Shown here: positions 34,925-49,554 of the stretch, in pieces
How the letters are laid out: every line of letters starts with the position of its first letter
Numbering within the stretch: the first letter of the stretch is position 1
Assembly (NCBI GenBank): GCA_026025075.1
Contig: JAPEUI010000040.1
Span: 1-64,000 of the forward strand
Origin: Vezdaea acicularis
Taxonomy: Eukaryota
Direction of reading: 5' to 3'
Length of the DNA: 64,000 bases
Translations under genes and position numbers: made by a program
The notes under the pieces: generated by a model
What the model was told of the DNA's origin: nothing
The model's database searches: none
The model's input: only the letters and a program-made list of their open reading frames with translations

Positions 34925-36068
34925 TTGAACGCTCGTAGGCGACGTAAGAGTTCGGGACCAAAAGTTCTCAAAATCACAGCTCTAGTCGCTATTGGCTTAA
35001 CATCCTTTTCTCCACCCGGCTTTCCTGCTTTCTGGACTCTTTGTGCTTTTTACATGGCTCGTGCAGCGCTGTGACTTGGCTGATTCTCTCCACAACTTTT
35101 ACTCATAAGAGAGAATCCCTTGCTCCAGCTTTGGTTATTCGGCTACCCGCAAAAATAACCGGCATGAACGGCACGCGCGCATCCTTAACTTACGAGCCAG
35201 CTATACGATCCTTTACACCATCACGATTGTCAAGCATGGCCTTTCAAGCAATATCTTACGGTCAATGACAACTCGCTTCGCTGGAAAGAATTGGTGGAAA
35301 GATGAAATCTGGCGGATGAGCAACTAGATCACCGCAGATTCGGATACGTGGTTGGGAGATATAGCATACACAGATATCTGATCTCCTACCGGCTGTTATG
35401 GATGCCGAGTCTTTCCCCCTCGCGCCTGCATCTTGAATTTTCCTTTTTCTCTGCACAATTGCCCACAATGCATTTGCCCCTTATGTCGCCACCCCCTTCG
35501 CCCCCATCATTTGCATATTTCCTTGAGCTTGCAATCCCGTTTTCATTGTTCTGAGCTGGCGTGGGGAGGCACTGAGGGGACGAGAAGACATCACGAAGAC
35601 CACGCCACGTCGATTGGCAAGTGACCGGGAAGTATCGCTTCTGCTCTCTTTCGGAAATGTGAAATGCGGCGATCGGAGCGGCGGGCTGGCTCGGACATGA
35701 TAGCGAATGACATTATGATTGCTCCATTTGCACCAACTCGTCCCAAACTCGTTTCAAATGCTGAAAGTTAAATGCTTGATATTATTATCCGCAATAAGCT
35801 AGTCACTAAAGTTGCAAGAATCGTTTGTCGTGATGAGATATCCCTAGCGATGCCACCATTGCCGATTTTGAACCATAAGATGGAACATGCCTTTCGCCCA
35901 TCCCAGCCGTCATCGACATCATGAGGGAACGCAAATGCGAGTAGAGTAATGCCCGTCCGTCCCGCGACCGAAAAACAAGCAAATAAGCAGCAACAACAAG
36001 AACAGCAACAGCACAGCAACACCACCCATGAAGGCTACCCAGCCCTTGCCCCTGCATGAGACCCCCCC

Positions 36069-39000
36069 TTAGACATCCCACAACCCGCCCCCACCGCCCC
36101 TCCTCCCCGCGCCCTCGACCGTCCACAGACTAACCGCGCCATCGCCCCTGACACTAGCCGCCAGAACCATGCGATGCGGATGAAACGCCGTGACAGCCAC
36201 GCCGCCGCCTCTCCTGGCACCGCCCGTGACGGGAGCGACGCTGGAGAGCTGCACGCCATGCGTATTATACACCGCGAGACGGCCGGCAGTATCCCCTGTC
36301 GCGAAGACCGGGTCATGTTCATGGACGCTCAAGCTCTCGAGCTCGTCGCGGGCACGCCCGGATTTGCCGGTAATGGTGGCGGCGGCGGTGACGAGGCCAG
36401 TGGCGTTGGCGAGACCATCCGAGCCTTTCCCGCCGACGGCGGTGATGCGCTTGAGAGGGGCGGCCATGCGGATGTCCCAGAGGAGGACCTCGCCGTTGCG
36501 GCTGGCGCTGATGAGTTCGCGTTGGCCGCCGCGCTGCATGTGGATATTCACGACAGGGGAGCGGTGGCTTTTCCAGACGCGTACCATCGTCTCGCGAGGC
36601 GGGTGGCGCTGGTCGTAGATCCGGACGGCGCCGTCGAGGAAGCCGGCGGCGAAGATGTCGCCGGCGGCTTGTTCGGAGGTGAGGGAGACGATGGGGGAAG
36701 ATGTGCGGGCGGGGATTTCCTTTAGGCGGAAGGGAGATGTCAACTTTGATAGAATGAAAAAGGGTGGTAAAGAAGCGGTAGTGGGAAAGTAGGATGAAGC
36801 TAGTGAATTGGGTGGGAGAGAGGAAGGGGGAAACTTACAGCCATGCAAATTTCTGTCAAAGCGTTCCATACGCGGATGACACGCATATCGCCAGCAACCA
36901 AGAGGCGGCCGCGGCCCTGCAACCACTCAAAGGCAAGGCTGGCGTTATACTCCCTTGGCTCAATATCAGTCAGAGCGCGCCATGCACTCACGAGCTCGGT
37001 GCGCCCCTCCTGCTCATAGTTGCGGTATACTTTGACCACGCCATCGCTCGAGCCAGTCATCAACAGCGCCACATCATCTTCATTGATTAGTCTTAAATCA
37101 GATATCTTACTCCCGGTGGGGTTCGCATTGGTGAAGCGGTTCAATAGTGTATGGTGGTACCAGTCCCAGATGGAGATGGACGAGCGGTCGTCGGCGACGA
37201 TGAGATGGTCTTCGAATTGGTGAAAGACCATTTTCGAGGGCTGCAAGATGTTATTGAAGAAGCCCGCGGGACTATCCCAACGACTGGAGCCAGCCTGCTC
37301 CTTTTGAGGCTGCGTAGACGACATGATGCGCTCGTTACGCGAGCGACGCCATAGCCGCTGGTTGTAGTCTTTGCTGCCGGGCTCTTCGGCTTCCGGTTGC
37401 TTCATTTGGGGGACGCGGAAGTACTAAGGGTTTGTTGTATTAGACATGGCTCATAAAGGTGATGCTGAGGAAGGTGGAAGGGCTTCACTTACTTCGATTG
37501 ACCATTCGACTAACGTGCTACGTAACGGGAGCTTCGGTATCCGGTCCAGATCTCTTAGTCTGAATGCCCGCGGCATAGGAGCCTTCGTACCATCTACTGA
37601 GATTGTAGAGCGATCTTCCATGCTCGACCTATTCCATTCTTGTGGGACCGTTCCTCTTCGAGTTACTCCAGAGCTCTGGGGCCGTTTGCCCTATGAATAC
37701 TTATTAGTATGTGCGTTTGCGAGACCCTCATAAAGGAATTAGAAACGTACAGAGTCAGGCCCGTTCACTCCTCCAAACGCCAAAGTAGTCAACGCGCTTG
37801 TAAGATTGCTTGCAGTACGTTTGATTCCCATAGACAAGTAGCCTTCATTTGCCGACTCTTTCTTTGGGCTAGGCGATGGCGGAAGTGTGACCTCCCGCCG
37901 TATCGGTTCCACAGTGGTTGGCTTAGAAGTTTTAGAGGGAGCGGATAGCTTCCTGATATCTTCCATGAGCTGTGTACAATTAGTGCCTAAAGGTGATGTC
38001 ATCACAGCATGATAGACATAGTCCACGATAGAGCTACCATAGTTTGCGATCTCTGGATGCGGATCCACAGAGAGAACCAGGATTTCCTTCCAAACGGAAC
38101 CGAAAATTGTCGCTCGGGATACTGAAGGTCCTAATGAAGGCCGTCGACCATCTGGCTGCCTTAGAATAGCCCTTGTCTCTATCTTTCTGTTCTTGTGGGG
38201 ACTATCGTCTGTCTTGAGTGGATTGAGTAAATATTCACGCTCTTCAATCAGCTGTTCGTATGCAACCACCATGAACTTGTTTTCATATCTCTTCACAAAG
38301 GTTGAGAAGAAAACTAATAACTCCTTGCGGACTATGCTGCTACCATCATTTGCCATGACGAGTAGCGCCGATGCAAGGCCTTCTTCAATTTCTTGGACGG
38401 GATCAGTAATATCGACAATCCCAAGGAAACTGTCAAGAGCGTGTAGCATTGCCGCCCTAACCTCTGGAACGTAGTCTGCTCTAAGCTGGAGAAGTATTTC
38501 GTGTGCCTTCATCGAGATACCATCCCACTTCGCATCGGGATAGTCAACCCAAAGCTCTGCAATGCAGAGAGAAGCCCACTGTCTCAACAAAGGATGTTCG
38601 TCCGTTAGATGCATTAGGCAAGACTTTATGACAGAGGCAGACAAGCAGACACGCTGAGCTTGCTTATAGCCTCTGCAAAACATCGTAATGATGAATGCGC
38701 ACATCGCGCGATGCTCTGACGCATTGCCTACGGGAATACCCGTGCCAGGACTAAGGATTGATATGAAGTACTGGTAGCCATTGTCCTTGAGTAGGTCTTC
38801 TTGGCAGCCTTGGTCCACAGCGAGGATACGGGCCCAAATAAAGACCATGACTGGCTTCAGCTCTGATGCAGCGGACTGTAGGAGCTTCAGTACGTATGGG
38901 AATATGCCGATGCTCAAGGCTAGATTAACCGCCCACGGTCCGAGGTCGAGGAATTTGCTGAGCAATATCAGGGCCCTTAGTCGATGAACCTGACTTAGCA

Positions 39001-40765
39001 GTACTTGTAACACGATTGGGAGCTGGTCAGGAGGCTCTTGTGTTACGGCTCCCCTTGCTAGATATACTTCGAATGCGGTAAGTTGCTCTGCAAAGAAAGT
39101 AGAGTGCTGGTACTCATAATGCCGCCGTCCTGCCTCAGCATCAAGCAGAGCAGGCAGTTGGGCACAAACCATCTCAAGAGCCAGGTCCCAACTTTCCCAC
39201 AAAGGATGATGATGCGTCTCTGGGAGGACAGGCCAGGATTGCGGGTGACACTTGTGAATTCTCATGATTCTCTGACTAAGGAGAAAATTGCGGAAGAGCG
39301 CTGCGACCATGAGATCTTGGCGAAAGAGCTTCTTGAACAAAGCTCGAGGTAGAGTGTTCCACGCAATCGTGTCCGTGATTGCGGTAAAGATCCAATTCAG
39401 TTCGCCTTGTGGAGTTCGACGCTCCTGTAACCGGCCTGGGAGCTTGAGCACGTCGTCCACGGTGAGTGAACTGGGTAATGGATTCTGTAACACAAAGAAC
39501 CTCAATGCTATCTCAATTGGCGTAGTCAAACAACACGTAAAAAGATCGGCAGGTAAGTCGGGGTTGGTCGGAAGAGTCTCTTTCCTCCCACAGGCCGCCA
39601 GTTGAATACAGTCATCAAAGGTCATAATTGGTGCCTCAGGGTCTCTAGCTCTAATCTCTGCATTTTCTGCATCGCGCTTCTCCACAAATCGGTTGAAGTT
39701 GTAGATAATATTCCCTGCATCTGAACAGTCGTATACAAGGAGAGCAGGCGACCCCAGCCACAATTGGATATCGTAAAGCGAAATAGGGATATACTGCGTG
39801 TAATTTTTGTTGAATACCCAGATCTCCCCCGAAGGAGTGGGCTTGGGTACCCCATGGCCGTTGTAATGGAACAGAACACGTTCGTCTTTGGCGTTCCGTC
39901 GAAGTGCTGTTAGGAACTTCTTTGTTTCTTCAATTGAAGGGTCTAGGTATTGCTTGTATCTTGTTCGTAAGCTCAAAGTCTCGTATTGAACTTGCAAGTT
40001 CTTGCCAATATTTTCCAGAGCTTTCGGAGGCGGCATAACAGTGGGATCAACCCAGCACTCCATTCGCGCGCTTGGGCTTGTTCGAATGACATCTGGAGGA
40101 TCGACCCCAAGGTTCAGACAAAGCGCTAGGGCGGCAGAAACCGTCTTTAGTCGATCTCTCATTCGCCATTCTTGCAACGGGAACGTTTCTTCGGGAGGCT
40201 TAGGGTTGCCTCCAGTCTCATGTCTTACATCTGTGAAGTACATCCACCATGTCTAGAAGCGGGGGATGTCAGAATGGTGGACAGCTTATGATTCGCCATG
40301 TGAGGCTAACGATTAGGAACATACGTCAGTCAAAGACTTGAGGTGCTCATCCGAGCTATCAAATCCATGCCTCGTCCACGTCTCATCCCCAATAAAGTCC
40401 TCCTCAACCTCATATACGTCCACGTTGCGAGGGCCGACATCGCTCTTAGCTCGATTGAAGTCCGGCTGTGGCCTTCCTCGATTCCGCCGTCTGTTCTTAC
40501 CCCTAGTTGCAATTTGGTTGCCCCTTTCCTGATCCGAGTCATCTGAATTATACGCACTGTTCTCGCCTATTGCCGTGCTAGGCCTTATGCTCGCGGGGTC
40601 TTGAGGTGATCGAGAATCACCACGAAGCGTAGCTTCCGTGGAGGAGGACGAGGCAGTAGCATGGTGTCCGTTAAGCGTGACATAGCTTTGTTCGGGCAAG
40701 AGTGTCGTCGAAGAGCGCTGGAGGCCGTTCAGTGTATTACTAGTAGTTGAATTACGGTCTGCCAT
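36069..40765 (-). CDS. KOG1: TORC1 subunit Raptor (Kog1/Mip1), five exons
   Basis: Raptor N-terminal domain (WRMRDRLKTVSAALALCLNLGVDPPD, RVLFHYNGHGVP, LPADLFTCCLTTPI, LFRQDLMVAALFRNF), HEAT repeats and C-terminal WD40 repeats. Confidence 0.97.
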
Positions 40766-41900
40766 CGTGAGAAGCTATCGTCTTTACCAAGCCGCCATTT
40801 CTGGCAAGTATGTGGATGAACAGTTCACGCCTTCGTGGACGCGCACGAGAGCGATGTGTTCAGTTATATGAGTTGGTTCTTCGGTCGGCGAGAGCTCTTC
40901 CGCGCTTCGAATGCTGGCAAACTTGATGCAACGGAAGTGTTCTGTATTGTGAGGCGTTTGTCGTTGAAGCTGCCTGTCACCAACACTTCGACTGACTGCG
41001 TGGCCTGTGCTGCGGCACAGTTTATATCTCCGACTATCAGATCTCTAGAAAGATACAGAAGGCATCTAATGCTCCGCAGAATTCAAAAACGAAATGGTAA
41101 GAGGCCGCAGCTGTAAATTCATCTACAATATCTTCGTATTCAAAGTTCCGGCGGCATCACCCGAGGTTGAGGTCACGTTCGCAGGATTTCATGCGCTACG
41201 GAGGTACACATATGTGACCAAAGCCTTCAGGGATTTTACGCAGCGATACCTTGCTAGGCTAGAAAATAACTCGCATCAGACTACAAGCCTATAGCTGCCA
41301 GGTAACTCTTCGAGTTCGTGCGCCAAATCCGAATTTTGGGAAAGTATTCATGCTGCAGCTAAACCTCACTTCGGCTAATCGTCGGTTATTGCAACGTCCC
41401 TTTCAGCCTCATCTCGTCTCCCCGTTATTGCGGTCTATTTTGGGTGATGAGCATAGTGTGGACAAATCGCGAAGAGGGTTGCGTTGACAAGAAATTCATG
41501 ATTTTAATAGCGACAAGATATCTTCATCGGCTCATAGACTACAGACATAGGAGATGAGGACGCTGCATCAAAGGTTTCAACCCTAGTAATATCACAAGAC
41601 CTCGCCCATAAAAGAGAGAAAACGCGATGTCAACAACGTTAAAGTCCAATCGATGATCCTCAAAAAACAAACTCAAAAAGCGACTCAACGCCGCGGACTT
41701 GAAGGCAGGAAGCGACCACGGTCCAGACGTATCGCATGTTGTTCGTACGCAAGGCCGCACGGTGATAATGACGACGCATGGTGAAAACCAAATCGCCAAG
41801 CAGTCCGAAGTGCTAGGGTACAGGAAGGACATCTCTAACGCCAAATGCATGATAGCTCTAATCCAAACAGACCATTACACGTCCCCGTAATAACTTGTAG

Positions 41901-44900
41901 CTATATGTTTTTGCTTGGATGATGTACTCCTTCATTTGGGCGGGGAGGAGGTCCCATGTCTGTTCGTGTGGTCGGTTCTGGCTCTGCTTCGCCCTCGTCT
42001 AGCCTTCGGCGCCAGTCGGCAAGGCTTTGGGAGAGATCACCGGTTCCGGGACTCATGGGTGCCTTGTCAAAGTCGAACGAGGTGCTCAGGCGAAAGTTGT
42101 GCTTGTTGTTTGTCTCCCAGTGAGCTCGGAGGGCATCAAGCTCAGACGCAAGGCTATCAAGAGCAAGAGATGTACGGTTGTCAGGCCCGTATACTGAGTC
42201 TGCTGTGAGACTATCGCGATTGCTTGTGCCACCGCTAGGAGCGCGTTGGTGGCCAAGTGCTCCGTTCATATCCACCTGACGGGACTGACGTCGCTTCTCG
42301 TCTATTGATGTTTCCCACTTGTCAAGGAGCATAGTGACTTTCTCTTCGGCACCAAGCGCACGAGCTTCTAGAGTCGAGTTCTCGGTCCTCAGATATTCTA
42401 GTTGGCTTCTAGCCTGCTGCGTAGCATCAGCCAGCTGTTTTGAAGTCTGATTATTGACGTCTTTGTAGTGATCCCTCTCTTCTTGAGTCTTCCTCAGCTC
42501 GGTCTGGACAGATTCCATCTCTCGTTCGAGTTTCGTTACTGACTCCTTGACGTGTCTTTGTAGGTTCTCTATCTCTTTTCTGAGATCCCCTCGCTCTTGC
42601 TCCCATTCTGCAGGTACAGCATTCTCGATTGACTTGGAGGAATTCTTGCTTGCTTCCTCGAGCTCACTCTGTAGGCGAGCATTCTGAGTCTTATATCTCG
42701 AAAGCTCGTCCTTCATACGCTTCAGCATTTTTTCTGTACCTTTGACGTAGTGCACAGCCGATTGGTAATCATTTTCCAGCTGTTCCAGCTTCTCGCGGTA
42801 TTGTTGCTCAGCTTCTTGCTCGCGCGCTTCGAAAGAGGACTTAGTCTCGTGGTGAGCTTTCATGCTTGCATCTAATTGTTGCTCAAGCTCTCGCAGCTTG
42901 TTTTGTTCGGGGGTTCCAAAACCTGATCCGGGACTTGCATTACTTCGCGAGCGTCGAAGATCACCAGGATTGATACCCCGCTCGCCGAGAAGGTCTCTTA
43001 AAGCAGAGTGCTGAATCTCCATCGACTTCGCCTCCAGTTGATGATTATCGAGCTTTTGCTTCATAGCAGTGTTTTCGGCTTGCAAAGCTTGCATATCTCG
43101 CACAGCGCTTTGAAGTTGCTTGCGTATTGACATGCCTTCCCTACTCGCCTGCTCTTGATAGGCCTCAAGGCCAGCGATTCTCTCTTCAGCCCCTCGAAGT
43201 TTATCGGCTGCGGCATCTGCAGCGGCTTGACTCTGGCGAACAAGAGCATTAGCATTCTCAACTTGCCCTTGGAGTATCTTGACACGTTCATCTGCTGCGC
43301 TTCCACCTTCCTGATCTAGGCTCCTGCTTGAGGAATTTTGCAGTCCCGAAAGCATCGCTTGTCGATGGGTCCGAGCTTCCTCAGCATGCTTCGCTGCAAG
43401 GTCTTCTGCATCTCGCAGGCGTCCAACAGTAGTTTCCAGCTCTGAAGAACGAGCGTCGTGCGCGGCCCTCAGTTGACCCAAGTCTCTCTCGGTAATCTCG
43501 CGCTGGGATCGCTCCTCATTTAACTTCTGTTCGAGATAGTCCGCTTTGTCCGTAGATGCTGTTAGAGCCTCGCGAAGCGAATCAATCGCGCTGGAATGGT
43601 CCCGAGTGCTGCTAAGAATTTGCTCAAGCCTAGAGCTTAACTCATTCTTGTCCAGCTCCAGAAGCCGTGCTGAAGAGAAAGCTTCTGCACTTCTTGAAGA
43701 TTCTTCTCGGGCCGTTTTCTCGGCTTGATGAAGCTGTGATCTTAAACTTTCCACTTCAGACTCATTACGCTGCCTATATAAATCAAGTTCGGAAACACGA
43801 CCTTGTGCGGCATTTGCTGTTTCTTCTGCCGTTCGACGGGCACTGCGCTCTGCTTCAACGTCAGCATGGAGAGCGTCTAGCTTCTGTTGCAGTTCCTTCT
43901 GCATCGCTAGTGATGAGGCCAATTTGCGACCAATCTCAGTCGATCGATCGGCGTCCATGTTAGTCATGTCTCGTGGCCCGTCTGGTTGAGGAGTACTTGT
44001 GTTGCTTCCACCATGGGCTGCAAGCTTCGCTTTGGCGTAGAATGCTTCGCTGACAGCAGCATCTCTTTGCTTCTCTACCTCTGCTATTCGCTTTGCAGCC
44101 TGAGTGACCTGAGAAGTAACAGATCCCTGTACCCTCTCTAGTTCTGTTCTCATTGCTAACAAAGCTTCAACGAGGGGTCGATCATCCTCATTAAAACTGC
44201 CACTGGGTCTATCTTCGAGCACAGGACTGTTTGGAGCATTGGCCGCATACCCTGCCTTCTTAGCCAGCGCCAACTCAGAAGCATACCATGCATTTCGACT
44301 TTTGGCTGCTTCGAGCTCTTGGGTCAGAGCTTCGTAGTCTCCCATATCACTGCGAGACATGTTGCCTGAGTTTGCAGATAGGCCCCTTGATTGATCCATA
44401 AGGGCCGTCTGGCTTGCAGAGGGTCTTAGCTGGCCTGGGGAATCATTGACGCTGTCTATGGAGCCTTGCCCTCGAGCTTGGCGGGACCTTGATCGACTTG
44501 GTCCAGGCGCGCCCGATATGTCGGTAGCATCTTTTGGCCTTGTGATTATCTTCGAGGCAGGGCCTGTCGGTGTTCTTTGACCATTAGATAGAGCGGTATC
44601 ACCGCCATTTGCGCCTTCACGCGATGTAGGAGAGGTATTGTCCTTGTCCGTTGTGGAGCCACTCCTCGCTATCTCTGAAGATGCAATGCCACGTTCACTT
44701 CGTACTGGAGGCCCTCGACCTTGCGGGCCACCTGCCATCGGCATCATGCCATTCACTCTGGGTGGTGGAGCTTGCTGCTGTGGCGGCGGTCCCGACGGTG
44801 CCTGCGCCAATGACGCACGGGGGAGCCTTGATCCCGGACCGCTCATACCATTTTGATCAGGAGGTCGATTGAATGGATTGTTATTGCCCATCACACTTTC

Positions 44901-46652
44901 ACGCGGTGGCGCTCCATGAGGACCTCCAATGCGCTTTTGCTCGGGATTGCCATTTGCACCCTGAGGACTGCGGGCCTGCTGCGGCGGACCGGTCTTCTCT
45001 CCACCGCTTGGTCTGCGAAGACCAGGAGCGCCCCGATCGGCATACTGCGGAGAATTTTGATCGGTAGGATACCGAATCTTGGCCGTATCCAAAATATACA
45101 CCAGGCTCAATTCTGCTGCGTCGCCAACCGCAGCGCTCGGCTCTCCACCCAAAACGACAATCTGCTTGTTGAAGGCGGTCATACTATGGCCGGATCTCGC
45201 GGTTGGTGAAGGACCCATATTCTGAAATGTGTACCACCGTCGCGAAGAGATACGGAATGCTGCAAGGTCCCCAAGGTCTTCGCCATCTTCAGTCCGTCCT
45301 CCAAAAATATACATGACGTCCCCAACCAAAGCAGCGGCATGACCTTCGCGAGGGGCCGGGATGTATCCGATGCAGGACAATTCAGACCAGAGGTTGGTCC
45401 TAGGATCGTACGACCAAACATCATTAAACCATTTGACACCATTAGTACCTCCGAATCTGTCACCCATCAGCAAACTTATCATCCGACAAAGAACAGAGTA
45501 TTAGGGCTTACAAATAAAGCTTATCGTTCAGGCTAACGATAGTGTGATTGGTTCGAGCTGGTGGTATCAAGCCTGATGCGGGACCACCGTCGCTACTGCT
45601 CCTGATCAGAATTTCCCATCTATTCGTTTGTGCTTGTAGCGCGTTGAGATCGAATGCTGCGAGATCATTGAAAAAGTAGCCCTCCACTTGCCCCCCAAAA
45701 ATATAGATTTTAGACCCGATGATGTTGAGTGTATGACCGTACCGGCCGGCCGGACGCGGTCCAGGAGGCATCGCTCGAGACCATTGCCGCGGGCGAGTAC
45801 CTACAAGTAAGAAGTCAATCGACCGACTCTAATCTCAAGTCAGAGAAGACTCACTGGTGTTCAGCAAATAAAGGGTATCATCCAAGACATCTTGATCATC
45901 CATCTTCGTATCACCTCCAAATACAATAAAAGCATTACCAACTAATAAACTTGCATGGCCGACTCTTGGCCCAGGCCCCCCTCCCTCAGGCATTGTAGGA
46001 AGAGGATAGCAGGCCATGTTCGCGCCTGACTCAACTGTCCACAGATCGCCTTTGACTGTAGAGCCATTGATCAGACCTCCCATGAGATAAATGTCGCCTT
46101 CTTTCGAGGCTGTCGAGTTGACTGCCGCGCCATATCGAGGAAATGGACAGGCTTGCGAAGTCGAGAAATTAATACGACGTTGAGACCATGGATAAAGAGC
46201 TGCGTTAGGGTTTGACATTGGAGGGGCAGAGACTCCATTGCGCTGGACCTAAAATAGAAAAGTCAGCCAACAAAATATAGAGAAAAATACCGAGAAATAT
46301 TCAAATAAAGTCACGGTCCGTTAGAAGCAGCGAACTGATCCAACATGACGTATATTGCATGAGTGCTTACTTGCTGAAGATCCGAATCTGATCTCTCACG
46401 GAGGGGCGGTTTCTGCTCTGGGCTCGGCGACGCCGTACCACCTCTGGATGCGAGCGAATTGCTCACGCTTTCGCTCGGAGTAGGCGTCTGGTTTCGCGAG
46501 GGGTCCTTCTCCTTATTCAGCGCTCCTACCGGCCCTCCGTTCGTGCCTGGTATGGATGAGACTGAACCTGACGGATTGACTGCTTGCCCTTCCTTGGACG
46601 ACGCTTGCACCGCATTCCCCTGATGCTTTTTGGATTTGAAAAGAAAAGCCAT
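41901..46652 (-). CDS. KEL1: Kelch-repeat cell-polarity (cell-end marker) protein, Tea1/TeaA/Kel1 family, four exons
   Basis: MAFLFKSKK start, kelch repeats (PFPRYGAA, GPRVGHASLLVGNAFIVFGGD, GRYGHTLNIIGSKIYIFGG, APREGHAAALV), long coiled-coil C-terminus with SLASELDALRAHWE. Confidence 0.93.
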
Positions 46653-47765
46653 CGTGCCCGCTCACGGCGCAGATGCGCATGAATGATACAAGGATTATCC
46701 AACACTCGTGTCGCCGTTTCTTTGAAGCCCTTGCGGTCGAATGCGAAACTTCGTGGGCCTCAACCCTCAGGAGCGACGCCAAGCCGCGGGCCGAACGAAA
46801 GAGCGTGAGTTGGGGGCGGCCCAGCGGATGTCGAAAGAGCAGGAGGCTGTTCGTCGCTGGACATGAACGTGAAGTAAAGACGAAAGAGCAAGGTTCGATG
46901 TCGAGATGGGCCTTTGGTTGAGTCGGCCACGATAGGGATGGAGCGGGAGCGTGGGAGGAGTCGCAGCGAGGTTGGTGATTGAGAAATCCGAGAAAGCAGG
47001 CTGGCGATGTCCGCTGGTGGTGAGAGGGGGTTGCTGCAATTGTTCCTGGGCTAGGCCGGATTGGTGTGCGCCTAACCACTCGCGTTTTTCTAGATTCCAC
47101 GACCTGAGGGGCGCTTGATCCAGCGACACCCCCGAGCGATCCCAATTGCCGCTGAGGGTCCGATATTGACGCCACTGATTCGTTCGCGCGATATGGGCAC
47201 CGTCGGTGCGACGTATCACTGACGGCGGATTAGACGGAGAATCTGGCTGAGGCTGGTGCCATCGCCAGTTGATCGCCAGTGGAAGACTGCGACAGACGAC
47301 AGGCGCGGCCAGCCGAAGCTGTCACAAGCCAGGCCTTGCAGCGCTGTAGTTTCAGGCAGGGGGCTTGAAAGGGGGTCACCTCCTCGTCTGGCTGCTGCAG
47401 CAAAAAAGTCCTTCACGCATTGTATATTACCACTACACCATCTACAGCCTTGCATCGCTCGTCGCTTTTCCTTTCTCGGCCTTCGCAAATGGTCGCCCCT
47501 GGACATTTGTCTTCGTGCACGAGGCACGGGGATGCAGCTGGGGCATAGAACGCTCCGCGCTCGATGCTCGTGAGCCCGCTTGTCGTGGTCTACTGGTAAT
47601 CCTTTGCGCCTCCTGGATGTTGGATGTGGGCACAAGCAGGTTCGCTTGCTTTCCCGCGCATCCTGCGACCTCGGCTCGCCGTAGATCGTACGGTAGTCAC
47701 CGCCAACCTCACAGTCCCCAATGGCCAATTCTAAATAGCAAAGAAAAGAAAAAGCAAAGCCTATT

Positions 47766-49091
47766 TCACCATCCGGATCTATCTAGAGCCCATTGCACTG
47801 CATCCCAAACGCCATCCAAAACTACCGTGGGTGTGTACGCCGGCGCCCCTCCAGTATAGACCCCGCTCCTCACTAGCACAGACGACCATTGACTCTTCCA
47901 GGGGCTCTGATATTCGTTGGCGCCTCGAATATCGCTCTCAGGATTGTCGCCAACCATGAAGACGTGCCGCAAGGGCGAGATGTCTCTTGGTTGAAGTAAA
48001 GCCTTACGGTGAGCATTTAATCGATCTTCTGCGAACTGGTATGTCGTAAAGGAGGGCTTCCCAAAGATATGTGCATTCAACTTGGCGCCGCCCGTAAGGG
48101 CAGCCCATACCCCTTCCAGTGAGGCGCGATACCCGCCTTGCCCAAGCCGAGGGAGAGGATAACTTGCGGCCCATAGTAGATCGCCGTTGGAGAAATAAAG
48201 CTGGGGTTGGCCATCCTGCTGGAAACCCATGTTCGGTAGGCTAGGGTCATTGTTCTTCTTGGAGTATGAGCCCAAGACTCCTTGTTCTGAAAGCAAAGCA
48301 TCCACGATAATCTGCGTGTCCGGGCCCCAATCGCGAGGGTCCGCAAAGACGAAGATAGCATCAATCTTGAGGCTGCTGTCCGGTCGACTAGGGTTGATGG
48401 GTCGAGGTAAGGGTCTGGCGAACGCTTTGTATTGCTCCCGAAGTGCAGTCTCAAATGGCCAGATAGAAGGCTCAGCGTTCAGTATATCAGCTGGGACAAT
48501 GACGTTTCGGAAACCGTATCTGTAGTGGATGTATAAGCAGGGGCGGCAAAGGATCCTTATATATGAGAAATCACCTCTCCGCAACCGCTCTGGCCTTGTC
48601 CCCATCTCCCCCCACCACAAGGATACACTTATCTTTGTATCCCAGAGGTCCCTCAACTAACCCAGCAAAAGGCGTGTGGCTCTGAACAAACATACTGACG
48701 TCTAGCGGTACCTGTAGCTTCTCACTGAGCTCGGATACCCTGTCTTCCTCGTGCTTCCCACCTCCATTGGTAAGCAGAATGAACGGGATTTTGTGAGACT
48801 GTAGATGCGTAAGAGCCTTATTGGCACCGGGCAAGGGTGCTGAGCTCCGAAGAAGAACTCCATCTATGCTGAAAGGGTTAGCATCGCTCGTGGTAGTCTC
48901 AATATTACACACTCAAACGCAAACGCGAAATCTGGCACACGAGTGGCCGGTCCTACAGCGCGGGTTTGCAAAGTTCGCACAGGCACAGCTTGAGGGATTG
49001 ACCAGTACCGGTGCCCCCTAGAGTGATGAGGGGTGCTACATAGTCTTATACATTGGCTTCGACTGCACGATGACAGCCCTCGGTGTGCCAT
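47766..49091 (-). CDS. HAD-superfamily class IIA hydrolase, CECR5/HDHD5-like, probably mitochondrial, two introns
   Basis: FAFAFD|IDGVL, PFILLTNGGG, VQSHTPF, VFADPRDW, FSNGDLLWA, FGKP, MVGDNPESDIRGAN, SVLVRSGVY. Confidence 0.92.
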
Positions 49092-49554
49092 TGGTGCAAG
49101 CGGAGTTGACACGAAAAGTGCGATTGCATCAGTGAAAAGGCGTTTCCCGCTTCGCGTAACTATTGCTCTCTCGTCTATAACCGAACCGTAACTTCTTTTG
49201 GATACATCCAAATAATTCAAAAGTTATCACCTCATTACTGCGTGAAAGGATGGCTACAGGAGATGTGCAGGGGAGGCGCTTGTTTGCGAAATTCCGTGGT
49301 CTGAATGGCAGGATCGGTGCCGACAGCCCTAAAGCAATTGAGTTGACAGTTGCCTGCCCACCTTTGGCACTTAATTTAGAGCGAGGCTGAGGTTTCTTCC
49401 AGCTCCTGCAGCTCTCTGCATTGTTTTTCCTCTTTACAACCATTTCCCCAGTTGCATCATACTGGGAGCCTCTGTAACGTTGTAGGCTCGAAACGATCTA
49501 CTGTTACCATTACTTCAATCCACAATCGCTTCTCTTCACGAGCAGGCAAGAGAA